Positions 50,737 to 63,668 are shown, numbered from the whole stretch's first letter. The stretch: 63,668 nucleotides of DNA, filler included, from Hyphochytrium catenoides (GCA_900088475.1; 21 parts of 21 records of this genome joined end to end with filler, not necessarily neighbours in it), one strand, 5' to 3'. The notes: generated by a model from the sequence alone, not told the origin. Translations and numbers: made by a program.

Positions 50737-51240
50737 NNNNNNNNNNNNNNNNNNNNNNNNNNNNNNNNNNNNNNNNNNNNTTAATTAATTAANNNNNNNN
50801 NNNNNNNNNNNNNNNNNNNNNNNNNNNNNNNNNNNNAGAGAGAGAGGGAGATAGATAGAGAGAGAGAGAATGAGGGTGAGAGAGGGAGACACAGAGAGAG
50901 ACAGAGAGAGAGAGAGGTGAGATAGAGAGAGAGTGAGAGGATGAGAGTGAGAGAGGGAGACAAAGAGAGAGAGAGAGAGAGATGAAGGAAAAGAGACACA
51001 CACCAGAGAGAGAACCTGGAGAGGGAGACAGACAGCTGGGCTCTTGGAGGGGGAAGAGAAAGAAGAGATCAAGAGAGACCAAGAGAGAACAGAGGCTGCA
51101 CATTTTAGGGGGAAAGACTGAGAAGAGAGAAGAGGGAGGGAGACCTTTATTCGATGGGATCTGTATCGGCGTCTGCAGACCCAGAGTGAGGACCTTGCTT
51201 GAGCACCTCGACCTGATGAGTCTTCTCAAGGGGAGAGAGA

Positions 51241-51280
<40 letters not shown>

Positions 51281-54163
51281 AGCCTATCTCACCACTGCTA
51301 GACATCTTGACTTGGAGACACTTCCTCAGCGTCTCCCGTTGTTACTTCTTCTCGCGCTCTTTTCCCTCTCCCAAGCATCTGAGACTGAGTTTCCCTCAGA
51401 TAAAACGCAAGAGACGGAGCTTTGTGGGTCCTGATCCCTGGCAGGGGAAGACTGACACAGCTGATGGAGGAAGAAAGGGCTCTTTCTCTCTTCTGCAAGG
51501 TTTGCCCTGACCGCTTGAGACCTTCGTCCTTCCTTTCCCACGGCCATTGCTCTTCGGATGAGTCGTTGCTCGGCTTTCCTTGCTGACGAAGGCTGAGCCA
51601 TGTCTCCTCTTCTACTGCCCGCAGCGTGCCCTAGATCTCTGTTAAGTGGTCGTAGGCTCTCCGCTTGACCCAGCGCTGCCGTGCGGACCTTGTGCTGCTT
51701 CCCTGTCAATCAAGAGAAGGAGCAAGAAGCAGCCGTCTTTATCCGTCTTTCTGACTGTCCTGGGCAAGATCGCATGAGCTTTCTTTCTCATATGGAAGTC
51801 CTTGACGCCGCAAAGGAGCTAAAGCAATAAAGTTCTTCTGCTCCCTTTGCTCTTCTTTTTGTCCTTGGCTCGGCTCCTGTTTCTTTCTTTTCGTCCTCTG
51901 CCTTTCGTCGTCTCTTTGGCTCTCTTTCCTGCGGTCTCGCGGTTCTTCATAGAGAGAAAGGAGAGGAAAGCAGACAGAAAGAAGAATGAGACGATGAAGT
52001 GAACGGCGAGGACCGAGGCACAGACTCTTCTCCTGCTTTCTTTTCTGATGCTGATGGAGAAGAGCTCTCTCTCTCTCCTGCGTCAGAAGAGAAAGCTTTT
52101 ACTTTGAGATAGAGGCAAGCTTCGTTCAAAAGAAAGGAGCAGAGACGAGAGAGGAAGAAGGATGAAGAGAGAAGGCTGCTCGCCGAAAAGGAAGAGAAAG
52201 CTCCAATAAACTCTGCTTATTCTTTAATTTGGCCTAGTCTTTCTCTCTGCTTGGTCACTCTTCTCCTTCGTGCACCCGTAAGGTCAATGCCTTTCCTTTG
52301 TCATCGCTGCTGCTCCTGCTGCTGTTGCTAGCTTGGCAGTCCATTTCTTATCTAAAAACCAAGAAGAATAAAAGATCGAGCTTTGCCATTATGTGCAGTG
52401 GGAGGTCTTCGTCAGACAGAAGGCGGCGCATTGCCGGCGGGAGGCAAGTAGTCTGGCGCTCCTCGTGCTGCTTAGGCAAAGGCTCTTCACAACAGCAGCG
52501 CGTGACCTCGAGCAGTTCTTTCAGACGCCAGTAAGAGGTAAGACTGCCTGCATCACTAGCGGCGGAGGCAGGAGTGAGTACCTTTCTTCTTCTTCGGTGC
52601 GTGCGTGCTGTCTTCCTCTTCAATATTGGCGGCTCTGCTAGCTCCGCGAACAGCAGGGCAAAAGCTAGAGGCGTGAGAGTGAACGTCATCCCCTTACTTC
52701 TTCTGAGCCAAGAGGAGAGAAGAGATTATGGAGGTGGGCAGAGGAGGAGGAAGAGCTACTTGAATCATAATCTTTGCCGAGGCTTTTGCCATGTCGACCG
52801 GGGAGATTGTGAAAGAAGGGAGACTACCAGGAATGGAAGGAGGAGAGTGACCTTCACTCTCGAGTGATGATGCACTCTGATGAGCCCAGCAGGCAGCCCA
52901 GTCGCTCCTCTCTTTAGCAGAGTCTCATAAAAACAACGATGATGTCTTAAAATTCAAGACGGAGAATGTAAAAAGGGTGATGAATGAAAGAGAAGAAGAC
53001 GGAGAACATGACAAAGAAGAAGAAGAAGCAGTCCATCGATGAGGAAGATAGAGATAGGCCTGCGCGCCTATTCATAGCGCTCTCCCTACATCTTCCTTCT
53101 TCTAAGCAGTACTAGCCAACCTTCCTTGAGATGAGGAGGAGGAGAAGGACCAGCTAGTAGATAATGATGGTCCGCTGCCTTCTCCGCGGTGACTCTTCAG
53201 GCTTTACCTTCTCTCTCCTCATCATTCCTTGTTGCTTCCCTAAGACCGATAGGATTCTGGCCCCTACTGCTGTTTGTTGGGAGGAAGGAGGTCACACGGC
53301 AGTAGAACGACGCAGGCCGATTCTACGCCATTGAGACACGAATAAGATCTTAGGCACAAAGTTCTGCCACGCTCCCCGGTCGCCCCACATAGAACTACGG
53401 CTAGCAGAGAAGCAGCCTCTTGGTTGGGAAGGAGCAAGGCGATGGGCAAGAAAGATCCATAGATGCTCTGGATGGCCTTAGCCTTGGCAGCTTGTGCCAG
53501 TCTCCTCCTGTCTCCGGACAGAGAGGTTAGGCGATAAGTCCTTTGTCTAAGATCTCATAAGAGGAGAATGCATGTCATTCAGACGAAGCCCATAGCTCAG
53601 GAGGCCGAGCTCTCCCACGGCCTGTCTACCAAGAGTCCGTGGTGCTCGATGTCTTTCTCTCCCGACTGTCCTGATGGCGACCACGTAGAAGCGTTTCCGC
53701 GGCTTCTCTGCCTGTCTTCTTCATGACACTACGCTTTCGTCTTTCACACAGGGAATAAAACCTATCACGATTAACGGCGGAGTCTCACATTGTCTTCCTA
53801 GTACGAACGGCATCTATGAAGGAGATAGGAGTTCGAAGCGAAGAGAGAGACGGCTGTTCCCTCTTCAGATTGTCTGGCGCTAATAATGGCTACTATGGCA
53901 ATGACCATGGACGTGCGAGGTGGGAGGACGGACGACCTTCACTCATGCCGTTGGAGAAGGAGAGAGGAAGAGGCAAGATGCGTCCGCTCGTGAGCAGATC
54001 ACCATCTTCACTGCTTGCGGCCCCTATCTCCTTCATTCAGCAAAAATCTCTCTACGGGTCAAAGCCGCCAACCAAAGGCAAGCTAGGCTACTCAGGCAGC
54101 AAGCAGAAAAAAAAACAGAGAAAGACCATCACGTGAACTCTTTCTATCACCTCGTTCGTCACC

Positions 54164-54958
54164 ATGGCTCAGCTTCTTCTTCGTTGCTCGCTGCTGTTTG
54201 CTCTGGCGTCCGTCAGCTCCTTGGCTACCCTGACAGATGCCGCGGCCAACTTCCACACAGTGCACGTCAATGCACTGGAGAACACCGTGGAAATCAAGAT
54301 CAACAACGCAACCGTCTATACCTCCGACAAGCTACTGGGCGAGCACAAGTTAGGAGAGTATCTCTACCTGGTAGAGTCTTCCGGCGTCTCTGCCTCTGTA
54401 GCTGGCAGACCGCTTACAAGCCAGAAGACCCCAGCCCTGACCAAGGATGCAAAGGCTCTCAGTATCTTTACCTTTACTGAGGACATTGCGTCCGTTGTGC
54501 CTGTCGCACAAGCTAGGGATGCCCTGGCCAGAGACTCCCGTCAGACAATCTATCCTGGCTCTTGCTGCGAAGCTTGGTGCCTGTTTGGTGACAGGTTCAC
54601 ATGCAGAGTCGGAGTGACAAGGGTGAAGACCCAATGGACTGGCACCTGCCACGACTGGAGCGGTTGTGGCGACATGTTGTCTCAAGCGCGCAACAGATGC
54701 GGCACCAGGACCTATGAGAACTGGCAGTGCTGGATGTATAAGGATTATGGCAATGGGATCTGCCTATGGGAGGGCGACTTCTCAACAGACAACGCCGCCT
54801 GGTGCGCTGATGGGCTACTGAATGCCTTCTCCGGTGGTTTCTACCCAGAGACGTGCTGCGCTCATCTCGTGAGGACGGACCTCGGCCCTTGCGCTGTGAC
54901 GTGGGCCTGCAATGACAACAATGGCGAGTGTGGAACTGGAGGCAGCTGCACCGTCTAA
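54164..54958 (+). CDS. Intronless secreted cysteine-rich protein (264 aa)
   Basis: Clean ORF with coding-like codon usage; hydrophobic signal peptide; Cys-free middle region; C-terminal ~135 aa with 16 Cys and 7 Trp. Confidence 0.85.
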   Translation: MAQLLLRCSLLFALASVSSLATLTDAAANFHTVHVNALENTVEIKINNATVYTSDKLLGEHKLGEYLYLVESSGVSASVAGRPLTSQKTPALTKDAKALSIFTFTEDIASVVPVAQARDALARDSRQTIYPGSCCEAWCLFGDRFTCRVGVTRVKTQWTGTCHDWSGCGDMLSQARNRCGTRTYENWQCWMYKDYGNGICLWEGDFSTDNAAWCADGLLNAFSGGFYPETCCAHLVRTDLGPCAVTWACNDNNGECGTGGSCTV

Positions 54959-56549
54959 GCCGACCTAGCTCTTGACCCTTGGATAATCTATGATAATGAT
55001 AGCTGCTTGCGGCTTGTGAGGAGAAAGAAGGAGAGAGAAGACACGTATGCAGCTCTCGATAATAAGCAGATAGGATCTTCTCCTGATAAGAAGAGTGGCA
55101 CTCGTCAGGCACGCGGGACCGCTGGATGGCCCTAAGAAAGCAGCTTCACTAAGGTTTCAAAATAATAGATAACATAAGCGATGATGAAGATTGGTACATG
55201 ACGTCCATCGCTCACGAGATCACAATCCTCCGCAAAGCCATCCACTTCACCTCTTAACCCTTGAAATTCTATGATTATCCTTGGCTGTCCGTCTATTCTT
55301 CCATCCTTGGAGCAAGGCGTCGTCTCTCTTCACATTATTTTTGCTTGAGAGAGAGAGAGAGAAAGAGAGTGCGTTCATGGGGTCCTAAGTAAGAGAGAGA
55401 AAGATGGGAGATGAAGAAGAGAGAGAGAGAGAGAAAGACTTCACGCGGTCCTATCCAGTCCTGTTGCCCATATGTATCTTATCCCTTGGTACACTGAAGG
55501 GAAAGGCAACCCTGTTATCTCTCTATCTCATGGCACAGGAGGAACAGGAGAACGGCCCGCTGCCAGATGCAGACTGTCTTGACAGAGTGGCATGGTTCAG
55601 GAGGACCAGGGAGCAAGAGGGACAGAAGAGAGAAAGATCACCGTGGCCATGGCAGTAGCGGCAATGAGCGTCCAGATAATACGTCGGCATTGGGGCTCTG
55701 TGGCCCCTCGATCACCTTCCCAGCGAGGGGAAATGGGGCTGCGTGTCTGGCTGTGCGCTTTGAGGCTCCGCAAGAGCGACATTGCAGGAGCTGCCCATTG
55801 TTTCTAGTCTTGCTCTCTCCTTTTTTGGCGGGCCAAGGCGTTTAGCTGAGCGCCGCTGCGGGCGGGCTGAACTCTTTCACCGCCTCGTCGTGCTGTCCGC
55901 TAGTCTGGTCAGCATCCGCTGCCTCATTATTAGCTATTGCCTGCTGCTAGGTCAGTGCTTGCTGAATGTGGGGGATATACGTCTGCCTCGTCTGGCTCGC
56001 TTAAGCTCCCTCGTCTTTCTCTGATGCCTGTCTACGCATCGCATCAATCAACACACTCTTCTTCGGTATATATCTGCTGCTGCTTACTTCTCATTGTCTG
56101 TCTAGCGCGCCTCTCTTCATCATCAGTCACTTGCGGCCTTTCACCGCTTGCCTGCCAGTAACACATCTTCTCTCTCCGCGTGTCTGCTGCTGCTTCTCCA
56201 TCATCTGTCCAGCTTCTCAGCTCGCTTTACCATCTTAACTTATCGCTGCTGCTTGCTTCCCTTGCCCTGTCTGGTCCTTTATCTGCTGCTGCTGCCGCTG
56301 CTGCTTGGCCGGTGGAAGGGCCCGGCCCGCCTTGAGCTTCAGCGGCACTGACATCTCTTTGCCTTCTTAGTTCTTGATGGATACATTTCATGAAACCGTG
56401 GGTCATTGAAGGAAATGAAAAGAATCTTTATTGATTATTATCAACTGAGGCGCAATTTTTGTTAAAAATGAAAGCTATCGTTCCGATTGTTGCGGAAGGC
56501 AAATGATGTTGCTGAGGCTTTTTGAGCAGGGAAAGAGAGAGAGAGAAAC

Positions 56550-56586
<37 letters not shown>

Positions 56587-56940
56587 TAGAGCGAGAGAGA
56601 GAAAGAGAGGGAGTGAGAGAGAGAGAGAGAGAGAGAAACATAGAGCGAGAGAGAGAAAGAGAGGGAGTGAGAGAGAGAGGGAGAGAGCGAGAGCGAGAGC
56701 GAGAGAGAGGGTGAGAGAGAGAGAGAGTGAGAGAGAGAGAAAGAGAGACAGAAAGAGACAAAGAGGCACCAGAAGCACAAAGAGAGAGAGAGAGAGAGAG
56801 ATGCAGAGACAGTTAGGAGGAGTGCAACAGGACGGCCAGGAGATGGGTCCACCTGTTCTTGCTGTCTCTCAGAGCAGCATCTCATAGCGCCATTGGGTCA
56901 GTCCCGCGCAGAAGAGAGAAGAGAGACCATAGCTTAGCGG

Positions 56941-56971
<31 letters not shown>

Positions 56972-56997
56972 TCCCACTCTAATAGACCTCGAAAGAG

Positions 56998-57124
56998 ATG
57001 ACGTCAAGAAGAGGGGAGCAGGAAGAGAATGAGGAAGACAGAGAGGAAGATGAGTTCAAGCGCGCTCAAGAAGAAATTCGAGAGCTTGGATCTGTCAGCC
57101 AGGAGCAAATGCTAGCACTCTACG
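56998..57124 (+). CDS. First exon of an acyl-CoA-binding (ACBP) domain protein
   Basis: EFKRAQEEIRELGSVSQEQMLALYG matches ACBP helices 1-2 (F..A...V......S.E..L.LYG); followed by a GT donor at 57125. Confidence 0.65.
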
Positions 57125-57177
57125 GTGCGCACCAGGAGACAGCGACAGAAAAAGAGAGAGGAGAGAACTCAGAGGGG

Positions 57178-57208
<31 letters not shown>

Positions 57209-57375
57209 AGAGCGAGAGAGAGAGAAACTGAGGTCTATCCCAAGACACACCTACGCTGCACTTTGTGATCTTCCGTTATGCTTTACGATCTCCTTGCCTA
57301 TGTCCTCTCCGTTCTTCTTCGTTGAATATTTCTCCCGCTATGGCTCTTCTCTCTTGCCTTTCTCACTCTCACTCA

Positions 57376-57406
<31 letters not shown>

Positions 57407-57773
57407 TTTTTCTGCTTGTTTANNNNNNNNNNNNNNNNNNNNNNNNNNNNNNNNNNNNNNNNNNNNTTAATTAATTAANNNNNNNNNNNNNNNNNNNNNN
57501 NNNNNNNNNNNNNNNNNNNNNNAAGCAGCCATTCAGAGTTAGGATTGATGTCCACTTTCTAGAGATCGGCAAGAAAGTAAGGCCACCGAGGGCGAGAAAG
57601 TAGTGGGAAGGAGGGTTATGTGGACCAGAAGAGGGCGGAGGCCAGGAGGACCCGTGAAAGTAAGAAAAGGCTGAGGCCCAAGTGGCTGATAAGGAAAAGC
57701 CGAAGCATAGAAGAAAAACGGAAGTATAACAGAGAAGTAAAGAAGAGAGAAAGAGAAGAGGCCTTCCTCCTTA

Positions 57774-58523
57774 CCTGAGGCAAGAAGGCAACTAGCCCCA
57801 AAATCTGGCTGAAGTCTGAGTGACGGCTACACCGTCAAAAGGACAGCATTAGCAGTGGATTCCCTCTATCGTCTCTCTTATCTTTTGACCTCTGTGGATA
57901 TGTACTTACTTGAGGTAGAGACTGTAGAAATAGACAGAGAAGTTGTGCCGGTTGTCCCGTCGGACAACGTGGTAGAGATATGTCTCAAATAGGAACTCGA
58001 AGCGGTACCTGTCCGGCGAATAAGAGGAAGGTAAGAAGAGAATGAGCATGCAGAAGGAGAAGAAGCAGAAACAAAGTCAAGGAAGAGCCTCTGGGGGAAG
58101 AGAGAGAAGCTATGTCTAGAAAGAGTAACGCTTTAGCAAAGAAGCACGAGTGGTTAGAGACACAGAACTAGGAGAGCCCGAGAGAGGCTATCTCTACCTG
58201 TCAGATGTGGAAGAAGACACCGATGAAGAGGTACTCGCAGGAAGGAAAATGGAAGAGAAGCAATGGCAGCAGAAGTAGGCAAAGAGTGTCACCTACAAAT
58301 GGTAGAATAGCGCTCCCAGTAGTAGAAAGATGCCTCCGCTGCTGAGAGCGAACTTAACACGGTTTCTGTTGACCATTGAGATGCTTTGACGCCAAAGGGA
58401 TGCTGAGGTGTTGACCGCACATTGAGGGTCATAGCCGCCATCCAGAAACTGGCAGATGAAGGGTAGAGAGAGAGAAAAAGGTCAGGGAAAGAGATGTGAG
58501 AGAAAGGATTGTGGGACAGAGAG

Positions 58524-58557
<34 letters not shown>

Positions 58558-58617
58558 NNNNNNNNNNNNNNNNNNNNNNNNNNNNNNNNNNNNNNNNNNN
58601 NNNNNNNNNNNNNNNNN

Positions 58618-58652
<35 letters not shown>

Positions 58653-59206
58653 GAGAATGAAAGAGTGAGTAGGAGAATAAAAGGTTGGAGAACGGGATTG
58701 CCCTCCCAATTTAGAAGCAGAGACAGGATCTGAATGGACACGTTAGAGCTTCCATAGAGCTTCAAGAAAGCAAGAAGGACAGTAAGAAAGTCGCGCGGCT
58801 TGTCCTTTGACGAGGAGGCTATAGCGTCATGGGACACCTTACCAGCATGAGTGTAAGCGCAAATACGATGGGATAAATCTTGAAGTGCACCGCTAGGCCG
58901 TAGCTATCGGGCAGCAAGAGGAAGAGGGTGCACGAGCAAGAAGAGATGATTGTGGCGTCAGTTCAAAGAAAGCATCGGCAGCGGGTCCGGAGCAATGGAC
59001 AGCATCATCAGCATCGGTGACGTAGTAACGTTAAGTGATCAGCGGTACCATGAATTGAGAAGGAAAGAGAGTCAAAGTGCTGCAGAGCAGAGTGAGGGAG
59101 ATTGAAGTGAGAGCGGAGAAGAGAGAGAGAAAGAGAGACCAGGGAAGAGCGGTAGCCAGCCGCCGTTGACAAGAGATACTGAAGAGTGCATACCTACCAC
59201 AGGCCG
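57774..59206 (-). CDS. PIGM: GPI mannosyltransferase I (PIG-M/GPI14), internal exons
   Basis: [14 protein letters not shown]; [32 protein letters not shown]; LVAFLPQ. Confidence 0.93.
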
Positions 59207-59450
59207 NNNNNNNNNNNNNNNNNNNNNNNNNNNNNNNNNNNNNNNNNNNNTTAATTAATTAANNNNNNNNNNNNNNNNNNNNNNNNNNNNNNNNNNNNNN
59301 NNNNNNCTCTCTCTCTCCCTCTTTCCTGCTCTTGCTCTCTAGCGCTCTCGTTTTCTCACCTGCACAATCCAGCCTCTGTCTTGTTTCTCCTGTTCTCTTT
59401 AGCGTCTCTCCTAAACTGGTGGTTTGTCTCTTACTTCTCGCTCTCGACAG

Positions 59451-60217
59451 GCACCATTTTGGCTTACGGGCAGACTGGTGCCGGGAAGACATTTACCATG
59501 GTAAGAGTGACAAACTGAGCGAGAGAAGAGGGGGCGAGAGCTGGAATAGCAGCAAAGCGGAGAGAGAGAGAGGAAAGAGTCCATAGAAAAGAGACGATGC
59601 TTAGAGAACAGGACTAAACCTCTCTTTCCTTCTCTACTTCTCCCCTTCTTCTCTCTCTCTCTCTCTCCCTGTTTTAATGGTTCTAAAGTCAGGCAGCAAC
59701 CAGCAGTACTCGGACCGCGGCCTCGTCCCTCGCTCTATCTCTCACGTCTTCCGAGAGGCGAAGCGTCTGACTGGCTTCGAGCTGTGCGTGCGTCTCTCCT
59801 ACGTTGAGATTTACAATGAGAAGATCTATGACCTCCTCGCCGCAGAGGGAAAGACGGCAGACCTGCAAGTCGTGGAGCTCAAGAGCGGTGCGTGAACGAC
59901 TGAGCAGGAGAAGAGATAGGCAGATGGGAAAGAGAGACGTCCCAAGATAGAGAGACAGTGAGGGAGTAACAGAGTGAGAGAAACAGAGAGAGAGAGAGAG
60001 AGAGAGAGAGGCAAAGGAGGAGGAATCGCGAAGAAGAGAGCGGATCAAAGTATTGAGTTTTCCCGGGACTAATCGCGCTTGCTGCTGAAGGTGTCACGAT
60101 TATCAGAGGTGTGGAGATGCCAGATGTGAAGTCAGAGGAAGAGGCCCTGGAGAAGCTCTTTGAAGGAGAGACAAACCGCGCCATCGCTGAGCACCAACTC
60201 AACAGCGCCTCCTCCAG
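59451..60217 (+). CDS. Kinesin motor domain, kinesin-9 (KIF9/KIF6-like); exons 59451-59500, 59689-59887, 60091-60217
   Basis: P-loop AYGQTGAGKTFTM, YSDRGLVPR, SYVEIYNE, and LFEGETNRAIAEHQLNSASSR (the switch-I context typical of kinesin-9). Confidence 0.88.
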
Positions 60218-60914
60218 GTGTGGCCCCTCTTCCTTTCTTATTGGCAGAGACAGAGAGAGAGAGCGCGAAATGGAGAGAGAGAGAGCGAGTGTGAGAGAAA
60301 AAGAGAGAGAGAGAGTGAGGGAGAGCTAGAGAGAGACATACGAANNNNNNNNNNNNNNNNNNNNNNNNNNNNNNNNNNNNNNNNNNNNTTAATTAATTAA
60401 NNNNNNNNNNNNNNNNNNNNNNNNNNNNNNNNNNNNNNNNNNNNCGAGTTTTCCTGTATCTCATACATAGGACTGGGGAAAGTGATGAAGCTCTGACCAA
60501 TTATAGGATTATAATCTTACTTTCGGCCGAGAGGAAAGCTCCATTGCACCAATGAAGCCTGCATAGAACTATTGCTGTTCAGACCGAAGGATCGATGGAG
60601 GCAGCAGACTGGCTTGACTTCAATCATCGCTCGCTTGACATAGAGTCTACCAACACCAGTGATGACAAGAAATTATCCTTCTCTTGCTCAGATCGCCCTC
60701 TAGTGAATGTTGATGTTGATCTTAGCTGGTGATGATGATATCGATGGCATTACTATGCAGCAGCAGTAAGGAGGAACAAAGTAGTATGACGGCAGAGGAA
60801 GAAGAGAAGTTGTGTCACTCGTCTTCTCCTGCGTCAGAAAGCAACTACTACTACATTAATATTACTCTCGCCGGCATCATTAGCTAAAATTAACAAGAAG
60901 AGTAGTTTGGGGAA

Positions 60915-61890
60915 CTAATTCTCATCATCACAAGAAGTATTGGTGCTGGAGCCAGCAGTAGTTCTCTCTGTAAGCTCTTCAGCCTTGTTGAGCTTCCAAA
61001 CAATCGCCTCGTTGATAACCATAGCCTCAAATTCTGAATTTACCTTTCGCCCTGCATTCTCTTCCGCCTATCGCGTTGCAGTCCATAGTCCTCATTGAGC
61101 TCCGCCGTTTTCTTCCACTTTCGAATCATGGTTGGTGTCACCTTCCCGTAGCCCTCGATCTTATTGATGTGGGACACAGCGTCCTCCTTCGAGTTCTCCT
61201 CATCTGTGGTCAGCCAGTTGAAGAACTTGAGAATCTGAGGCTTCTGCGCCTCCGTATATCGGTTGCGAACGAGTTTGATTCCAGCCCTGATGACGAACTT
61301 TCTTTGGAAGCTCTTGTAGCTCTTCTTGTCTCTAGCACCCCCTTGTCCTCTCTTTTTCTTCTCGCTCCGAAGCATCTTCTCCATCTCCTTATCGTGGAGA
61401 GACACTAGTAGCTCCTTGAATGCTGCATAATTAGCTGGACTCATCATGTTAGTAGTGCTTCTTCTCAAATGTTGTTGGCCGCCGTGGATTGATGATTCTC
61501 TTCATTATGGCTGCTTCTCTGCACTTCTTCGCCCTCACAGATGCTAGTGCCATCTCCCGAGGGACGGGGTGACGGGGGATATTCTTGTATCTGAGGTTGG
61601 TGAATAACAACGTCGTCGATTTCCTCTTTTCTTCCTTACTACGAGTAGTCATAGCTATAGTACTACCACCACCCCCGCCCACCGCTACTACTATCGAAGA
61701 AGGAAAGGTTCAGTAGCCGAGAGTGTAAGCTTGACTCCGCTTCAGATGCCTCCAACGCCTGTAACGTGGGCTGGAATCCGTCGTAAGCCTTATCTTTGTC
61801 TTGAACGGGGAAGGATGAAAAGATGGTGGCTTGACATTTCATCCTCTTGCTCCTTTCGACCTCTTCAAGGGCAATCTGCCGCTTAGGCAC
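60915..61890 (-). mobile_element. Decayed pogo/Tigger-like transposase N-terminus (HTH DNA-binding region)
   Basis: RNRYTEAQK..IL...VTPTMIRKWKK, then after a frameshift GRKVNSEFEAMV. No DDE core or TIRs seen. Confidence 0.5.
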
Positions 61891-63668
61891 ATGATGATGA
61901 TGATAGTGGTGTACAACAGCAACTGTGAATGAAGAAGCTGTTAGTATCGTACCAGTTCAAAACTGAAAGCTCCAAGAAGTCTGACTGTCTTCGATGCAGT
62001 GCGGAGAGAGGAGGAAAATCATTCATTGCATCGATCAATAGATAGAATCGACGATGACAATGAACAAGGAGATGGACAATAATGATGGGAGAGACTGAAC
62101 ATCCTTGACTGAAAATCCTCTCAAGATTGCGAGACGGTCGAGTGAGGGCCTGCATTTTGAATAGGATAATCCTTATTATGGATATTACTTCCTTTATCAC
62201 TAATGTATGGGCTGCCGAACATAGGTTTGGGAAAAAATATTGTTGACCATGANNNNNNNNNNNNNNNNNNNNNNNNNNNNNNNNNNNNNNNNNNNNTTAA
62301 TTAATTAANNNNNNNNNNNNNNNNNNNNNNNNNNNNNNNNNNNNNNNNNNNNCTCTCTCTCTCTCTCTCTCTCTCTCTCTTTACAGAGAAAGTCAGCGCA
62401 GAGAGCAGAGAAGGCAGGAAGGAGGCTGCCCGACTGAGATGCCTATCACTCTAACAGCTCAAGCTACCTAATCCTCAGCATAATCACCCACTAGTACCGG
62501 ATATATTGCCGAGAATACCAATCAGTAGTGGAAGGATCTGCCTATACCTGTTGATTAAACCGTAGCACCTAAGAAGGAGGAAGATATCCGATTTTAAAAA
62601 CCTTCACCACCTGAACTTACGCCACTCAAGATTCGGTACAACCAGGAACGCCACAGCCCACCCACCCCGTCTTTCTCTCTCCTGATAACCTTCATATATT
62701 TCTTTATCGCGTATGTTTCACATCTTTCTATAGTAATTACTTTTTCGCGAAACCTTCCATGCAATGTTTCTTTGCTGACCCAGTCAGCCAGTTCTTAGGC
62801 GGGAAGTGCATGTCTGGTCCACATCTTGGAAGTGCAGCGGCCACCATTTCCCCCTTCCATCTAGCTCTTTCTCTTGTCTCTCCCAGCCACTCTTCCTTCC
62901 AGTGAACCCGTTCTTATAAGTTGTAAATCAATACCTCTTCTGCTCTCTTCCTCGATTTTACGTTTGCCTTCGTGCATGGCTATCGAACGGAAACCTTCTC
63001 GCGCGCGCGCTCTGTCTCTCTCCCTCTTTCTCTCTCTCTCTTTCTCTCTCTTCTCGCTCTCTATATCTCTACCTCTGTCACACTCTCTCTCTGTTGCCTG
63101 TCGCTCTCTCTCTTTCTCTCTTCTTGCTCTCTATATCTCTCTACCCTCTCTGTCACTCTCTCTCCCTCTCTCTCTCTCTCTTTTTCTCTCTTCTCATGAC
63201 TCTGTCTTTCTCTTCGCTGTCTTCCCCTCCTGCCCTTGGGCTGCTTCCCTTTCCCAGAAGTACAAGTACAACTTCTCATCGGAGTGGTGTTTTCCTCCCT
63301 GTGTTGACTGCTTACACATCATCACAAGGAAGCACGCTGCACTCAGGGAAACGGTAGGAGAACACACCTCTTCGCCCTAAAGAGCAGGAGAAACAGAGAA
63401 GGGCGGAGAGNNNNNNNNNNNNNNNNNNNNNGAAGAGATGGGCACCGTTTGATAGGATGTGCTGATCTAAAACCGAAAGAAAGTGTATGTCTCTCCAAGA
63501 GAAGCATCATCATCATCATCATCATCGTCGGCTTTGGAAGAACAGAAAGATCGCGGTATTTCTCTTCCCAGAGATGGTGTTCCTGGGTTCTTTCTTTCCT
63601 CCTTTTTCAGAGCGGTGCCCTGTCCTTCTATTGGCACGTTTTGAGAGAGAGAGAGAGAGAGAGAGAGA

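Noticed and set aside
51150-53750. Possible genes on the minus strand
   Set aside because: Short frames interrupted by stops, with no recognisable motifs or consistent splice model.
55254-55275. piggyBac-like end (TTAA-CCCTT)
   Set aside because: No matching AAGGG-TTAA end in the same contig.

Overview
This window is not contiguous DNA. It is about 21 short eukaryotic contigs joined by artificial N44-TTAATTAATTAA-N44 linkers, so neighbours across linkers carry no biological meaning. The organism uses the standard genetic code, has GT-AG spliceosomal introns filled with (GA)n/(CT)n microsatellite, and is probably a flagellated protist (it has a kinesin-9). Most ORFs in the supplied track are microsatellite artefacts. 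Host genes reconstructed by hand from exons are NELF-C/D (TH1), NAA35/MAK10, a CDP-choline/ethanolamine phosphotransferase, a TPR protein, a ZnT5/7-type CDF transporter, an ABHD-type hydrolase, an ACBP-domain first exon, PIG-M and kinesin-9. Intronless ORFs encode an EF-hand protein, a GNAT and a secreted Cys-rich protein. Mobile DNA includes a chromodomain Ty3/Gypsy with PPT and 3' LTR, three Copia pieces, a 5'-truncated RNase H-bearing LINE (14-bp TSD, A-tail) nested in a Copia, and a pogo-like remnant. The best novelty candidate is a complete 4,513-bp TIR element (27541-32053; 17-bp GAG...CTC TIRs; CTAG TSD) with no visible transposase core. It carries a PCNA-binding PIP box, two tandem OTU-like deubiquitinase domains and a homeodomain-like tail, and sits inside a fold-back, tRNA-like site. 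A second repeat-associated contig carries a USP-like deubiquitinase. Many introns also show a (GA)n-then-(CT)n polarity. All family calls come from motif recognition by eye; no database searches were run.
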